From Squalus acanthias (Eukaryota), in the NCBI GenBank assembly GCA_030390025.1, contig CM059430.1, forward strand, positions 74,214,001 to 74,278,000: a stretch of 64,000 bases of DNA, written 5' to 3'. The stretch's first letter is position 1; each line of letters begins with the position of its first letter. A program made the position numbers and the translations under genes. The notes below the pieces were generated by a model. That model ran no database searches. It had not been told where the DNA came from and saw only the letters and a program-made list of their open reading frames with translations. Below, one piece after another: positions 13,607 through 24,650 of the stretch.

Positions 13607-14840
13607 TACATAGGTTCACAAAGGATATACAGTACAGAAACAGGCTATTCGGCACAACCAGTCCATGCCGGCGTTTATGCTCCACTCGAGTCTCCACCCG
13701 TCTTTCCTCATCTAAATCTATCAGCATAACCCTCTATTCCCTTCTCCCTCATATGCCAATCCAGCCTCCCCTTAAATGCATCTAAACTTGTCGATTCAAC
13801 TACTCCATGTGGTAGCGACTTCTATATTCTCACCGCTCTCTGTGTAAAGCAACTGATTCTGAATTCCCTATTTGATTTCTTCGTGAATACCTTATATTAA
13901 TAGCCCCTAGTCTTGCTCTTTCCCACAAGGTAAAACACTCTCTCTGTATCTACTCTATCAAAACATTTCATAATGTTAAATATCTCTATTAGGTCACCCT
14001 TCATTCTTCCCATTTCAAGCGAAAAGAGACCTAGCCTGTTCATCCTTTCCTGATATGTATACACCCGTCTTTCTGGAATCATCCTTGTAAATCATGTTTG
14101 CACACTCTCCAGTGCGTCTATATTTTTTTCGTAATATGTCGATCAGAATTTAGCGCAGTGTTCGAATTGTGTTCTAACCAACGTTCAATGCAAGTTTAGC
14201 ATAATGTCTGTAGTTTTCAATTCAATCCCTCTAGAAATAAAGCCTAGTGTTTGGTTTGCTTTCTTATGGCCTTGTTAATCTGTGTCGCTACTTTCATCGA
14301 TTTGTGCATTTTTGCTCATGGATCCCTTTACTCATCTACCCCAATTAGATTCGTGTTTTCCAAGTAATATGTGACCTGCCTAAGTTTCTTACCAAAATGT
14401 CATACCTCACAATTATCTCTGTTGAATTTAATTTGACAATTATATGCGCATTCATCAAGTTTATTAATATATTCGTGTAATTTGTTGCAGTCCTTATCAG
14501 TATTGACTATCTCCTCCCAGCCCCTCCAACCCCACTCCCCCGCCCCCCACAATTTGGTGCCATCTGCAAATTTAAAATTGTCTTTTTGATTCCAAAATCT
14601 AAACCGTTAATATAAATTGTGAACAACAGTGGTCCCAGCACTTATCCTTGTGGAACACCACGCCCCACATTCTGCCACGCTGAATAGCTACCATTTACGC
14701 CTACTCAATGCTTTAATTCTCGAAGCCAGCTAGTTAACCATTCTGCTAATTGTCCCATGACTCCACATTATCTGACCTTATTCGTTAGTCTATAATGAAT
14801 TACTTGTCGAAGGCTTTTTGAAAATCTAGTTAAATTACAC
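13607..14840 (-). mobile_element. CR1 LINE fragment
   Basis: LGLFSLE..MKGDLIEIF motif and CR1 tail. Confidence 0.85.
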
Positions 14841-15729
14841 TTATAATTTAATCGATATTTTTGCAAGTCTTGTGATCCTATTGGAGGACCAGGATTAATA
14901 ATCCTTATCAGATTAGTTCAAATGATAGTTTGCAAATTTGAAGTCAGTTTTAAAAATCTGGAAATATAATAGTTAGTTTCATTAGCAGTGTCCATTCACC
15001 TTTTGGATTAACTTAAAATTCCAGCTGGTTCAATAATATCCTTAAGGGAATCTGTACTCTTGCACCAAAACAACTTTTTGCAGCTTCCATGCATCACAGC
15101 TTGTTGGGTTATGAGCGAATACAACGTGTAAATATAATAGTGATTTGAGGTCTCCAGCTTTTAAAAAATAACCACAGACTGGTTGAACAGAACACACCAT
15201 TTGGGTTCGGTCACCTGGAGATGTCGGGTTAGGTCATCGGGCAACAACAACGGGGTGGATTTGCTTTGAGCTGCGTAGAACGGCAGGTTTCCAATAATGC
15301 AGTAAGTAGGCAGGTACAAATCTGCTATGGAGATCTGATAGTCCCTTGGTGCCATTTGATACACAAGGATTAATTTTGGACCTATAATTCGCCATGCTAT
15401 TTCCTTGTTAGCAAAAAGGAACGAGCAACGTTGTGCTACCTCTTCAATACTATAATTGGTACTTTCAAATATCAGGACATTTTTTATAAAATGGATTAAA
15501 ATGAATAATATAACTGTCTGTTAAAATCGGTCCGAGAGTTTCTTAACGCTTCGGTCAGTATTCTATATTTCTATCTTCATAGAATACGATGTATGTTTCA
15601 GAGAAGAGGTAAAGACCATGAATAACTCCAAGACGTAAGGATTCAAGTGGGAGGTTTATTTGAGCGCAAAATGTGAATAGTTTAGTTGAAATTTGAAAGA
15701 AAATAGAAGGAAAAATATGATGACCTTAC

Positions 15730-15773
15730 CTTATCTTCATGCTGAGTAGTATTTACTGAATTTCTCTTTGCAC
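15730..15773 (-). CDS. Gene A short cytoplasmic exon
   Basis: ttttatttcccaccag|GT GCA AAG..GAT AAG|gtaagg = GAKRNSVNTTQHEDK, phase 1 to 0, strong splice sites. Confidence 0.75.
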
Positions 15774-16320
15774 CTGGTGGGAAATAAAATTTAAATTAAT
15801 CACCAAGAACGGAGTAATATTTCCGTTGAACGTCAGAACAGCTAAATCAACTGTAATTAGGTTAGTTCACGGGTTGTAATAGGAGTACAAGTATCACGAT
15901 ATGTCTTCAAAATTTATAAAAAAGAGCGCTCTTCGATTGCAACTGTGTTCTATCCTTTGTGTTGAAGTTGTGCAAGCATCATTATACCCCCAAAAATGAC
16001 TGCTACAGATCAGCATCTACATCAAAATGGTTTAGGAATTCCCAGCTACGAGACTGATAAAGTCACGTCATGATCTAACCTTGAGTTCAAGCAAACAGAT
16101 ACGGAGATGTATGTTTGAATAATTTTTCCTGTAACCCGTCAGTAATATTTTACCATTCAGGTGCTCCGCTTGTAATGATGACTGTAATCTGCCCTTTCGT
16201 TCTCTACCTGCCAGTAAAGTATTTTTAACTGTATCAATTATAACGTTAATTTCTAATTTTAAAAGTTTTAAAATCTGCCGTTAGAAAGACTATGATCAAC
16301 AAAGGCGAAACGGTTCGTAG

Positions 16321-16434
16321 CTTTAGATGTAACTAACTGGTGTCGTTTCACAATCGAAATGATCATCAACAGAATTACCACCGCACCCACGGCACATCCA
16401 GCGACCAGAGGAATAGGGATCGTGGACTCAAAAT
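16321..16434 (-). CDS. Gene A transmembrane exon
   Basis: ctcatag|AT TTT.. = DFESTIPIPLVAGCAVGAVVILLMIISIVKRHQLVTSK. Uncharged TM followed by KR. 114 nt like the gene B TM exon, but the donor reads G|CTACGA (GT lost). Confidence 0.82.
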
Positions 16435-17422
16435 CTATGAGATTGATAGCAAATCAAAATCAGCAACTGAGGAATGTAAAAAGCATATTCACACGTTTCA
16501 ATGTCACAAGCATATTTTCCAAATATACTCCTTTGAGAATACAATAATACAGTACAATAAGTCTCAGCACGTCCATTTTGTTATTTCCATATTCAGCTGA
16601 TTTGTATGAAATCAGGAACGGAGAGTTTGAAACACCTCGTAGTTTGGATAATCAGCAGCAATGCGAAATATTGAGAAACACACATCAAATGGTTCCCTTC
16701 TAATTGATTGGAATAAAGGGCAATGGGAAAAGATTCAATCTGTTCACGATGTGTGGGGAAAAACTCATTTTGGATGTTTTATCTGATCAATATATAGGAA
16801 AAACGCTTAAATACATTATAATGGAACGTGTTCACAAATTTATTGGAGGTGCCCTTCGGAGCAAATCAAAACGAAGACTAGCTCCTTCTTTCCATATGAA
16901 GGAGGCAAGCAATTCCTATTTGGTACAGTGTCGAGGGAGTCGCACTATGCACCTGATGATGCCGGGACTGGTATTGGATTGCTTCATGGCAGCGGGAGTG
17001 TGTAAATGCTAAATTCCCCTACTCCATCCCTCCAGTCCTCACTAACTTTACCCGTCCTACAATGCATTGTGCGATTTCTGGCAACAACCCTCACAGTGCC
17101 TTCTCTGCGTGAATTTCCAATGCTTTGGCTGTTAAGCTGATTTATGATAACTATGTTGAGTTCTGCTGTCCAATGTCAGCGAGCTTGCTTATGTCTAATT
17201 TAATTCTGATAAGTTCCTAATGCTCAACAGAAAGGCAACCTTCACCCAATCAATGGAAGCTGGAGTAAAACCAGACTTCGGAGCTGACTGAATGATATGC
17301 AAACAACTGCAGTATACACTTCCCGAATTTCCTTGCATTAACCCATTATCTGCGATGGAATGTCGATTATATCGAGGAAAACACAGAGATCGAGAAATAT
17401 GTTACGTATGCAACAACATTAC

Positions 17423-17728
17423 CTTTGTTAGCAAAGGTGTAGCTGGCATTTGCTGGAATTGAGTTTGAAACGTGATGCACTTTAAAGGTATAAACTCTGC
17501 CCCGCTCAATTGGTTTTGTCTCTTCTAAGGAGCTGATAACTTCATATAGACCCTCTGGCGTTGTCTTTTGTTCAGTTCGAAATCCTGCCGCAATTTCGGT
17601 AACGTTTTTTTGCCAGGTGAGGTTAAAATCCTTCGGATAAAACGCAGCCGATCTGCACTGGAGTCTCAGAAAAGCAGATGAAGCCTGTTCGGATGGCATA
17701 GGGACAATATTCATTGGAGTGGGTACAG
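17423..17728 (-). CDS. Gene A C1-set Ig domain exon (306 nt, open, phase 1/1)
   Basis: VPTPMNI..LRLQCRSAAFYPKDFNLTWQKN..GLYEVISSL..YTFKVHHVS. FYPxxxxLTW is the C1 signature. The YxC Cys is TTT (Phe). Acceptor ttttatttt ag, donor g|gtaatg. Confidence 0.92.
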
Positions 17729-19158
17729 CTAAAATAAAAGAGCAAAAACAGATAAAGCAAAACAATTGACATGTATACTTCCTGCTCATTGTTTAAAAAA
17801 AATAACTACCACCTGCGACCGTGCATCGTAGCTGTATCGATAGTTGTTAATGACTCTGACTGGAGCCGAATTTAACATGTTCTTCACTATATCCAGAGAC
17901 ATTATTTCCAGAGTTTCCTCCCCTACAGTTTTGACGTATCACTGTTATATTGAAACCAATTATTTTAAACATCGGGCCTCTTTTTTTATTAATATCAATG
18001 TGTTCACCACCAATGCTAGCGAATCAAGGGTCCAGTGAGAAGGAGGAATTAAAGGAAATTAGTATTAGTAAAACAATAGTGTTGGACAAATTGATGGAAC
18101 AGAAAGCCGATAAATCCCCAGTGCCTGACAATCTGCATCCCAGAGAAGTAAAAGAGGTAGCCATGGAAATAGTGAATGCATTGCTTTTCATCTTTAAAAA
18201 TTCTGTAGATTATGGAACAGTTCCTGCAGATTGGAGGGTGGCAAATGTAACACAACTATTGGAAAAAGGAGGGAGACAGAAAACAGGGAACTTCAGACCG
18301 GTTAGCCTAACATCAGTAGCAGGGCAAAGGCTGAAGTCTATGAAAACGGATGTGATAACAGGACACTTAGAAAATATCAATTCGATTAGACAGATTCAAT
18401 ATGGATTTATGAAAGGGAAATCATGATTGAAAAACCTACTGGAGCTTTTTGAGGAATGTTTGCTAGAATAGATAAGGGAGAACCAGTGGATGTGGTGTAT
18501 TTGGATTTTTAGAAGGCCATTGATAAAGTCCCACATAAGAGCTTAGTGTGCAAAATTAAAGCACATGGGATTGGGGTAATATACTAGCATGGATTGAAAA
18601 TTGGTTAACAGATAGGAAAGAGAGAGTAGTAATAAATGAGTCTTTTTTCGGGGTAGCAGGCGGTGACTAGTGCGGTACCGCAGGGATCAGTGCTTCGGCT
18701 CCAGCTATTCAAAATATATATCAATCATTTGTATTAGGGAGCCAAAAGTATTACTTCCAAGTTTGCTGACGGCACGAAACTAGGTGGGATTGTGAGATGT
18801 GAGGAGGATGCAAAGTGGCTTCAAGGCGATGTAGACACGTTCAGTGTGTGGGCACATATGTGGCAGATGCAGTATAACGTGGATAAACGTGAAGTAAGCA
18901 ACTTCGGTAGTTAAAACAGAAAGGCAGAGTATTATTTAAATGGTGATAGATTGGGAAATGTTGATGTACAAAGGGAACTTGGAATCCTTGTACACCAGTC
19001 ACTGAACGCAAACATGCAGGTGCAGCAAGCAGTTTGAAAGGCAAATGGTATGTTGGCCTTCATTGCAAGGGAATTTGTGTACAGGAGCAAGGATGTCTTA
19101 CAACAGTTATGAGAAGTCGCACAACACCAGGTTATAGTCCAACAGATTTATTTAATTT

Positions 19159-19192
19159 TACAAGCTTTCGAAGCAGTTCGCTCCTTCGTCAG
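19159..19192 (-). ncRNA. Minimal hammerhead ribozyme, pLTR copy
   Basis: Exact reverse complement of 22498-22531. Confidence 0.8.
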
Positions 19193-19414
19193 GTAAGTTA
19201 GCAATGAGAGAATCTCCCAGAATTCACAATTTAAACACAGATAAAATCTATTCACATTATTCCCTGCAACAAAGAGCACAGTCAAGACAATGAGATGTGT
19301 CCCAGGGGGTCCAACGTGTCAAACCACCTGCTGGCTGCATATCCTGTCAATTTGTGTTCTTGTGTTAGCCTTTTTAAAAAAAAAACACCTGGGAAGACCG
19401 GCCATGATGTCAAG

Positions 19415-22093
19415 TCACGTTCTGTATCGTGACATGAACCCGATATCGCGATTGAGGCCATCCTCATGAGTGCGGAACTTGGCTATCAGTTTCTGCTCTA
19501 TGATTTTGCGCTGTCGTGTATCTCGAAGGCCGCCTTGGAGAACGCTTACCCGCAGATCCGAGGCTGAATGCCCCTGGCTGCTGAAGTGTTGCCCGACTGG
19601 AAGGCAACCCTCCTGCCTGGCGAATGTTGCGCGGTGTCCGTTCATACGTTGTCTCAGTGTCTGCATGGTCTCGCCGATGTACCATGCTCTGGAGCATCCT
19701 TTACTGCAAAGTATCAGGTAGACAACGTTGGCCGAGTCACATGAGTATGTACCGTGTACCTGCTGGGTAGTGTCCTCACGTGTAATGATGGTATCTGTGT
19801 CCATGATTTGGCATGTCTTGCAGAGGTTGCCGTGGCAGGGTTGTGTGGTGTCTTGGTTGCTGTTCTCCTGAAAGATGGGTAATCTGCTGCGAACGATGGT
19901 ACTTTTGAGGTTAGGCAGCTGCTTTAAGGCGAGTAGTGGAGGCGTGGGGATGGCCTTAGCAAGGTGTTCGTCATCATCGATGACATGTTGAAGGCTGCGA
20001 AGACAATGGCGTAGTTTTTCCGCTCCGGGGAAGTACTGGACGACGTAGGGTACTCTGTTGGTTGTGTCCCGTGTTCGTCTTCTGAGGAGGTCTATGCGGT
20101 TTTTCGCTGTGGCCCGTCGGAACTGTCGATCGACGAGTCGAGCGTCATATCCCGTTCTTACGAGAGCGTCTCTCAGTGTCCGTAGGTGTCCATCGCGTTC
20201 CTCCTCGTCTGAGCAGATCCTGTGTATTCGCAGGGCTTGTCCATAGGGGATGGCGTCTTTAACGTGGTTAGGGTGGAAGCTGGAGAAGTGGAGCATCGTA
20301 TGGTTGTCCGTGGGCTTGCGGTAGAGTGAAGTGCTAAGGCATCCGTCTTTGATGGAGATTCGTGTGTCCAAGAATGAAACCGATTCTGAGGAGTAGTCCA
20401 TGGTGAGTTTGATGGTGGGATGGAACCTGTTGATGCTATCGTGTAGTCCTTTCAGTGATCCTTCGCCGTGGGTCCAAAGGAAGAAGATGTCGTCGATGTA
20501 TCTGGTGTACAGCGTTGGTTGGAGGTCCTGTGCAGCGAAGAAGTCTTGCTCGAACTTGTGCATGAAGATGTTGGCGTATTGGGGTGCGAATTTGGTCCCC
20601 ATGGCTGTTCCGTGTGTTTGGGTGAAAAAATGGTTGTCGAAGGTGAAGACATTGTGGTCAAGGATGAAGCGGATGAGTTGTAAGATGGCGTCCGGAGATT
20701 GGCTGTTGTTGGTGTTGAGTACTGAGGCTGTCGCAGCGATGCCGTCATTGTGGGGGATATTGGTGTAGAGTGCCGATACGTCCATTGTGACGAGGAGTGT
20801 TCCTGGTTCAACTGGTCCATGGGTGCTGAGTTTCTGCAAGAAGTCTGTAGTGTCGCGACAGAAGCTGGGGGTTCCCTGTACGATGGGTTTCAGGATGCCC
20901 TCGACGTACCCAGAGAGGTTCTCACACAGGGTTCCGTTGCCTGATACGATAGGACGTCCGGGTGTGTTGGCTTTGTGTATCTTTGGGAGGCAGTAAAAGT
21001 CTCCTACGCGGGGAGTACGTGGGATGAGAGCGCGTAGGATGTTTTGAAGGTCTGGATCGATGGTCTTGATCAGTCTATTGAGTTGGCGGGTGTGTTCTTT
21101 GGTCGGATCTGCGGGTAGCTGTCTGTTGTGTTCCTGGTTGTCCAGTTGTCGGTATGCTTCTTTGCAATAGTCCGTTCTGTTCTGTATGACGATTGCTCCT
21201 CCTTTGTCCGCTGGTTTGATGACAATGTTGCGGTTGGTCTTGAGTGCGTGGATGGCGTTGCGTTGTGCTCGGGTGACATTCTGGACTGTCTTGTGAGTAC
21301 GGCTGATGAATCTGGTGTTGATGCATTTCCTGACAGCTTGAGCATACATGTCAAGCTTAGGTTTGCGACCCTCCGGAGGGGTCCAATTTGACTCTTTCTT
21401 CCTCGGTTGTAGCACTGCGGTTCCCTCTGTCTGCTGTTCTGGATCATTGATTGTCCCATTAGGAATGTTGCTGACATCTTGGGATTTGTGGTAGTATTCC
21501 CGGATCCTCATTCTCCTGATGAATTCCTCTGTGTCCGCCGCGAGACCGATGGGGTCCATTTTGGTGGTGGGGCAGAACTAGAGCCCTAGGGCGAGAGCTT
21601 CGATTTCGTCTGGTTGAAGGGTGTGGTCCGACAGGCTGACGATGGACTTCCCTGTGGTTGCAACCGTGGTACCGGGGGAGGCATGGTTGTGGCTGGTGGT
21701 TACGCCGAGTTTCTCAAGCTTCCTGTTCTTGATGCGCATGTAGGCAGCGTAGTTCCGTTGCCTCGTCTGTTTGGCGGTGTCTCGTAGCTGGTCTGCTGTG
21801 TCCTGAGCACAGGCTGAGAGCATGGACTCTATCTTGGTTTCGAGGTTGCGACGTCTGCTGTAGAGCTGGTGTACGAGATGTTTGAGGAGTGTGCGAGAGG
21901 TACGACGGCAAAGTCTCTCAGCGTAGTCTGTGTTGTATGTCGACTTGAGTGGGTTCGTGATCTGTAGTCCTTTCGGAATCTTGTCTGCTTTCTTGCATCT
22001 CTGCAGGTACTTGATGTCTGTGTCAATATGCGCGATCTTCTAGGCGATTCTGTCCACTTTGAGCCGGCAGTTTGCGGTGTCAATAGAGGTCAT
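19415..22093 (-). CDS. Penelope ORF (RT + GIY-YIG); single frame with two in-frame TAGs
   Basis: KPADKGG, GRPIVS, GTAMGT, RYIDD (RT) and NVVYLILC..YIGET..RQRMNGH (GIY-YIG). The ATG at 22093 is in frame with the 714-aa ORF. Stops at 22040-22042 and 21578-21580; no frameshift. Confidence 0.95.
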
Positions 22094-22181
22094 GATGTGG
22101 AGATGCCGGCGTTGGACTGGGGTGGACAAAAATGAGAAGTCGCACAACACCAGGTTATAGTCCAACAGATTTATTTAATTT

Positions 22182-22215
22182 TACAAGCTTTCGAAGCAGT
22201 TCGCTCCTTCGTCAG
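22182..22215 (-). ncRNA. Minimal hammerhead ribozyme, pLTR copy upstream of the ORF
   Basis: Exact reverse complement of 22498-22531. Confidence 0.8.
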
Positions 22216-22497
22216 GTAAGTTAGCAATGAGAGAATCTCCCAGAATTCACAATTAATTCACGATACAGAACGTGACTTGACATCATGGCCGGTCTTCCCA
22301 GGTGTTTTTTTTTTAAAAAGGCTAACACAAAAACACAAATTGACAGGATATGCAGCCAGCAGGTGGTTTGACACGTTGGACCCCCTGAGACACATCTCAT
22401 TGTCTTGACTGTGCTCTGTGTTGCAGGGAATAATGTGAATAGATTTTGTCTGGGTTTAAATTGTGAATTCTGGGAGATTCTCTCATTGCTAACTTAC

Positions 22498-22531
22498 CTG
22501 ACGAAGGAGCGAACTGCTTCGAAAGCTTGTA
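22498..22531 (+). ncRNA. Minimal hammerhead ribozyme in the Penelope inverted pLTR
   Basis: CTGACGA-A-GGAGC-gaact-GCTTC-GAAA-GCTT-GTA: catalytic boxes, stem II and a palindromic AAGCTT stem III, typical of PLE dimeric hammerheads. Confidence 0.8.
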
Positions 22532-23831
22532 AAATTAAATAAATCTGTTGGACTATAACCTGGTGTTGTGCGACTTCTCATTTTTGTCCACCCCTGTCCA
22601 ACGCTGGCATCTCCACATCATTACAACAGTTATACAGCGACTTAGTGAGGCAACAACTGGAGTACTGTATGCAGTTTTGGTCTCCTTACCTAAGAAAGGA
22701 TAGACTTGCCACAGAGCGAGTGCAGCCAGAGTTCACCAGACTGATTCCTGGGATGGCAGGACTGTCGGATGAGGAGAGATTGGGTCGAGCATGCCTGTAT
22801 TCAGTAGAATTTAGAAGAATGAGAGGGGATCTCATTGAAACGTATAAAATTCTGAAAATGGGATAGACAGACTGGATGCAGGGAGGATGTTTCCTTTGGC
22901 TGGGGGTCGATAACGATGCGTCACAGACTCAGGATACGGGGTAGGACATTTAGGACTGAGATGAGGAGAAATTTCTTCACTCAGCGGGTGGGGAAACAAT
23001 GGAATTCTGTACCACAGAAGGCTGTGGCGGCCAAGTCACTTAATATATTTAAGAAGGCGATAGAAAGATTTCTAGACACAAAAGGCATCAAGGGGTATGG
23101 GCAGAGAGGGGGAATATGCTATTGAGATACAGGATCAGCCATGAACATATTGAATTGCGGAGCAGGCTCGAAGGGCTGAATGGACTACTCCTGCTCCTAT
23201 TTTTTTATGTTTCTATGTTTTCGAGTCGGCATGTTGTGCTTAAACGACGGCAATAGTGCAACTCGGGTTTTATTGATACATAGAGAACATTACCTCTTCT
23301 GGATAGAAAGGATCTAATTAGAACCTCTGTTTGGACTACGGCACTTGGTTTATCGTGTGCATCTCGCCAGTTTTACCGAACGGCGGTTCAGGATTTTTTT
23401 CAAGATAGCAGAAATTGCAAGCGTACCATCTAAATGATAAGGGTGTGATTGTTTGGTCTCCTCCCCTCTTCTTTCAAAATGAGATATTGGGCCTTTAAAC
23501 ATGTTTAACATTGCAAATAACCCTAAGACTTTTCATCGTGCTTCTCAGTGCTAAAATGAAAAAGACGCGTTTAATTTCCAAGCCTTGAATTCACTTTACT
23601 TGATAAACATGCAATTAAAACACAATTGATGATAAAGATCGATTGGCAAATTTTTCAAAGACTCTGGAACTGGAAACGGTTCCTTATTTTTGAACAAGTG
23701 TCGTTCCAATCAAGTAGAACGGTGTATTGTTTTATATGCAGGGCAATTCCCTATACAAATTCCTTGTTAAGCGTAGTATCAATATCGACAACAAGTAAAC
23801 ACTTCACGATTCCAGTTCCACTAACACTTAC

Positions 23832-24142
23832 CGTATACAACAAGTTTTACACGAGTTCCTTTTCCCACCGATTGATCCCCAACTTTGGTTACACAACGAT
23901 ACGATCCGGCGTCCGGGATCCTCACGTACAGGAGGTGAAGGTAGGCGCCTGCCTTTCTTCACTTGAAACTGTTTTATGCTATCTTCTTGCAGATGGTATC
24001 GGTACCCTCTCTCCACCAATAAACGTTTAATTTTGAATGGTTCAGATGGAAGGGGAAAGGGCATTGTAAGGTAAGGTTTGCACCTCTGAGCGCCTTCATT
24101 TGTACAATGCCCGGAGTCATCTTACCGAAGTGCCCACAGCAA
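23832..24142 (-). pseudogene. Gene A V-set exon with germline-joined J motif (frameshifted)
   Basis: Acceptor ttgttcatag. Reads ANLTLQC..LNVYWWREG..(indel)..LQEDSIKQF..(indel)..GAYLHLLYVRIPDAGSYRCVTKVGDQSVGKGTRVKLVVY, donor g|gtaagt. Both Cys, Trp, DxGxYxC and GxGT are present. Two in-frame stops lie between the compensating indels. Confidence 0.9.
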
Positions 24143-24478
24143 CTATGAACAAAATAAGCCACTCGGGTTAAATAATTAATAAAAAAGGAATGGATCGGCA
24201 ACAACAAACAACATCGTGATATCTTATTAATTGAATCTATCTGACTATCAGAATTGTTCTCCAGTTGTTGAACGTGTTTTCTTAGTGAATTATCATAAAT
24301 AACATTACCGTTCTCACCAGATGTTTCCCTCTGGCAAGGTACACATGGAATCATAATAATACATCAAATTAAACCAGCGGAAACATTTTTGCGTTGTACA
24401 CTAACTTAGATATCAAATTCATGTGTTGTTTCTTCTTCAGGAATTCGTCAATATGTAACAACAAAGATAAAAGTCTAC

Positions 24479-24535
24479 CTGGATAAAAAAATTGCCCAGA
24501 AAACACAGGCCCCAAAGTGCTCCACTCATAAACAT
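24479..24535 (-). pseudogene. Gene A leader (signal peptide) exon
   Basis: ATG at 24535, MFMSGALWGLCFLGNFFIQ, donor CAG|gtagac. Ends phase 0, one base short of phase 1 at a 7-T run. Confidence 0.6.
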
Positions 24536-24642
24536 ATCGGGCAACGAAAACACGGCAAATCACCCGTTACGAATGAGAACTGGATAGATGAAAATTTTGG
24601 GAATGGGCAGCAGTGTGTCTAATATCATCTCCTACTGATATG

Positions 24643-24650
24643 TGACGTCA
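24643..24650. promoter_or_regulatory. Perfect CRE palindrome TGACGTCA about 110 bp upstream of the gene A ATG
   Basis: Direct motif match. A related TGACGT sits about 50 bp upstream of the gene B ATG (58847-58852). Confidence 0.4.

Larger units (their letters stand above)
19111..22620 (-). mobile_element. Penelope-like retroelement (RT + GIY-YIG endonuclease) with direct and inverted pLTR copies, nested in a CR1
   Basis: 13-bp TSD ttacaacagttat (19098-19110 / 22621-22633). pLTR 19111-19430, direct partial copy ~22094-22255, inverted copy ~22258-22620. Confidence 0.95.
18012..23222 (+). mobile_element. CR1 LINE (5'-truncated, degenerate ORF2) hosting the Penelope insertion
   Basis: KADKSP..PADWRVANV..NFRPVSLTS, LEYCMQFWSPY, RRNFFTQRV; tail (ttctatgt)n at ~23205-23220. 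Confidence 0.92.
7456..24535 (-). pseudogene. Gene A: VJ-C1-TM-ITIM/ITSM Ig-superfamily receptor (SIRP-like / non-rearranging antigen-receptor-like), probable pseudogene
   Basis: Six exons read manually: leader 24479-24535, V 23832-24142, C1 17423-17728, TM 16321-16434, cyt1 15730-15773, ITIM/ITSM 7456-7629. V/C1/TM/cyt splice phases are compatible. Lesions: indels/stops in V, C1 second Cys->Phe, TM donor GT->CT. Confidence 0.85.

Noticed and set aside
19464-21477. Overlapping and antisense ORFs within the Penelope ORF
   Set aside because: Shadow ORFs of a GC-rich coding region.
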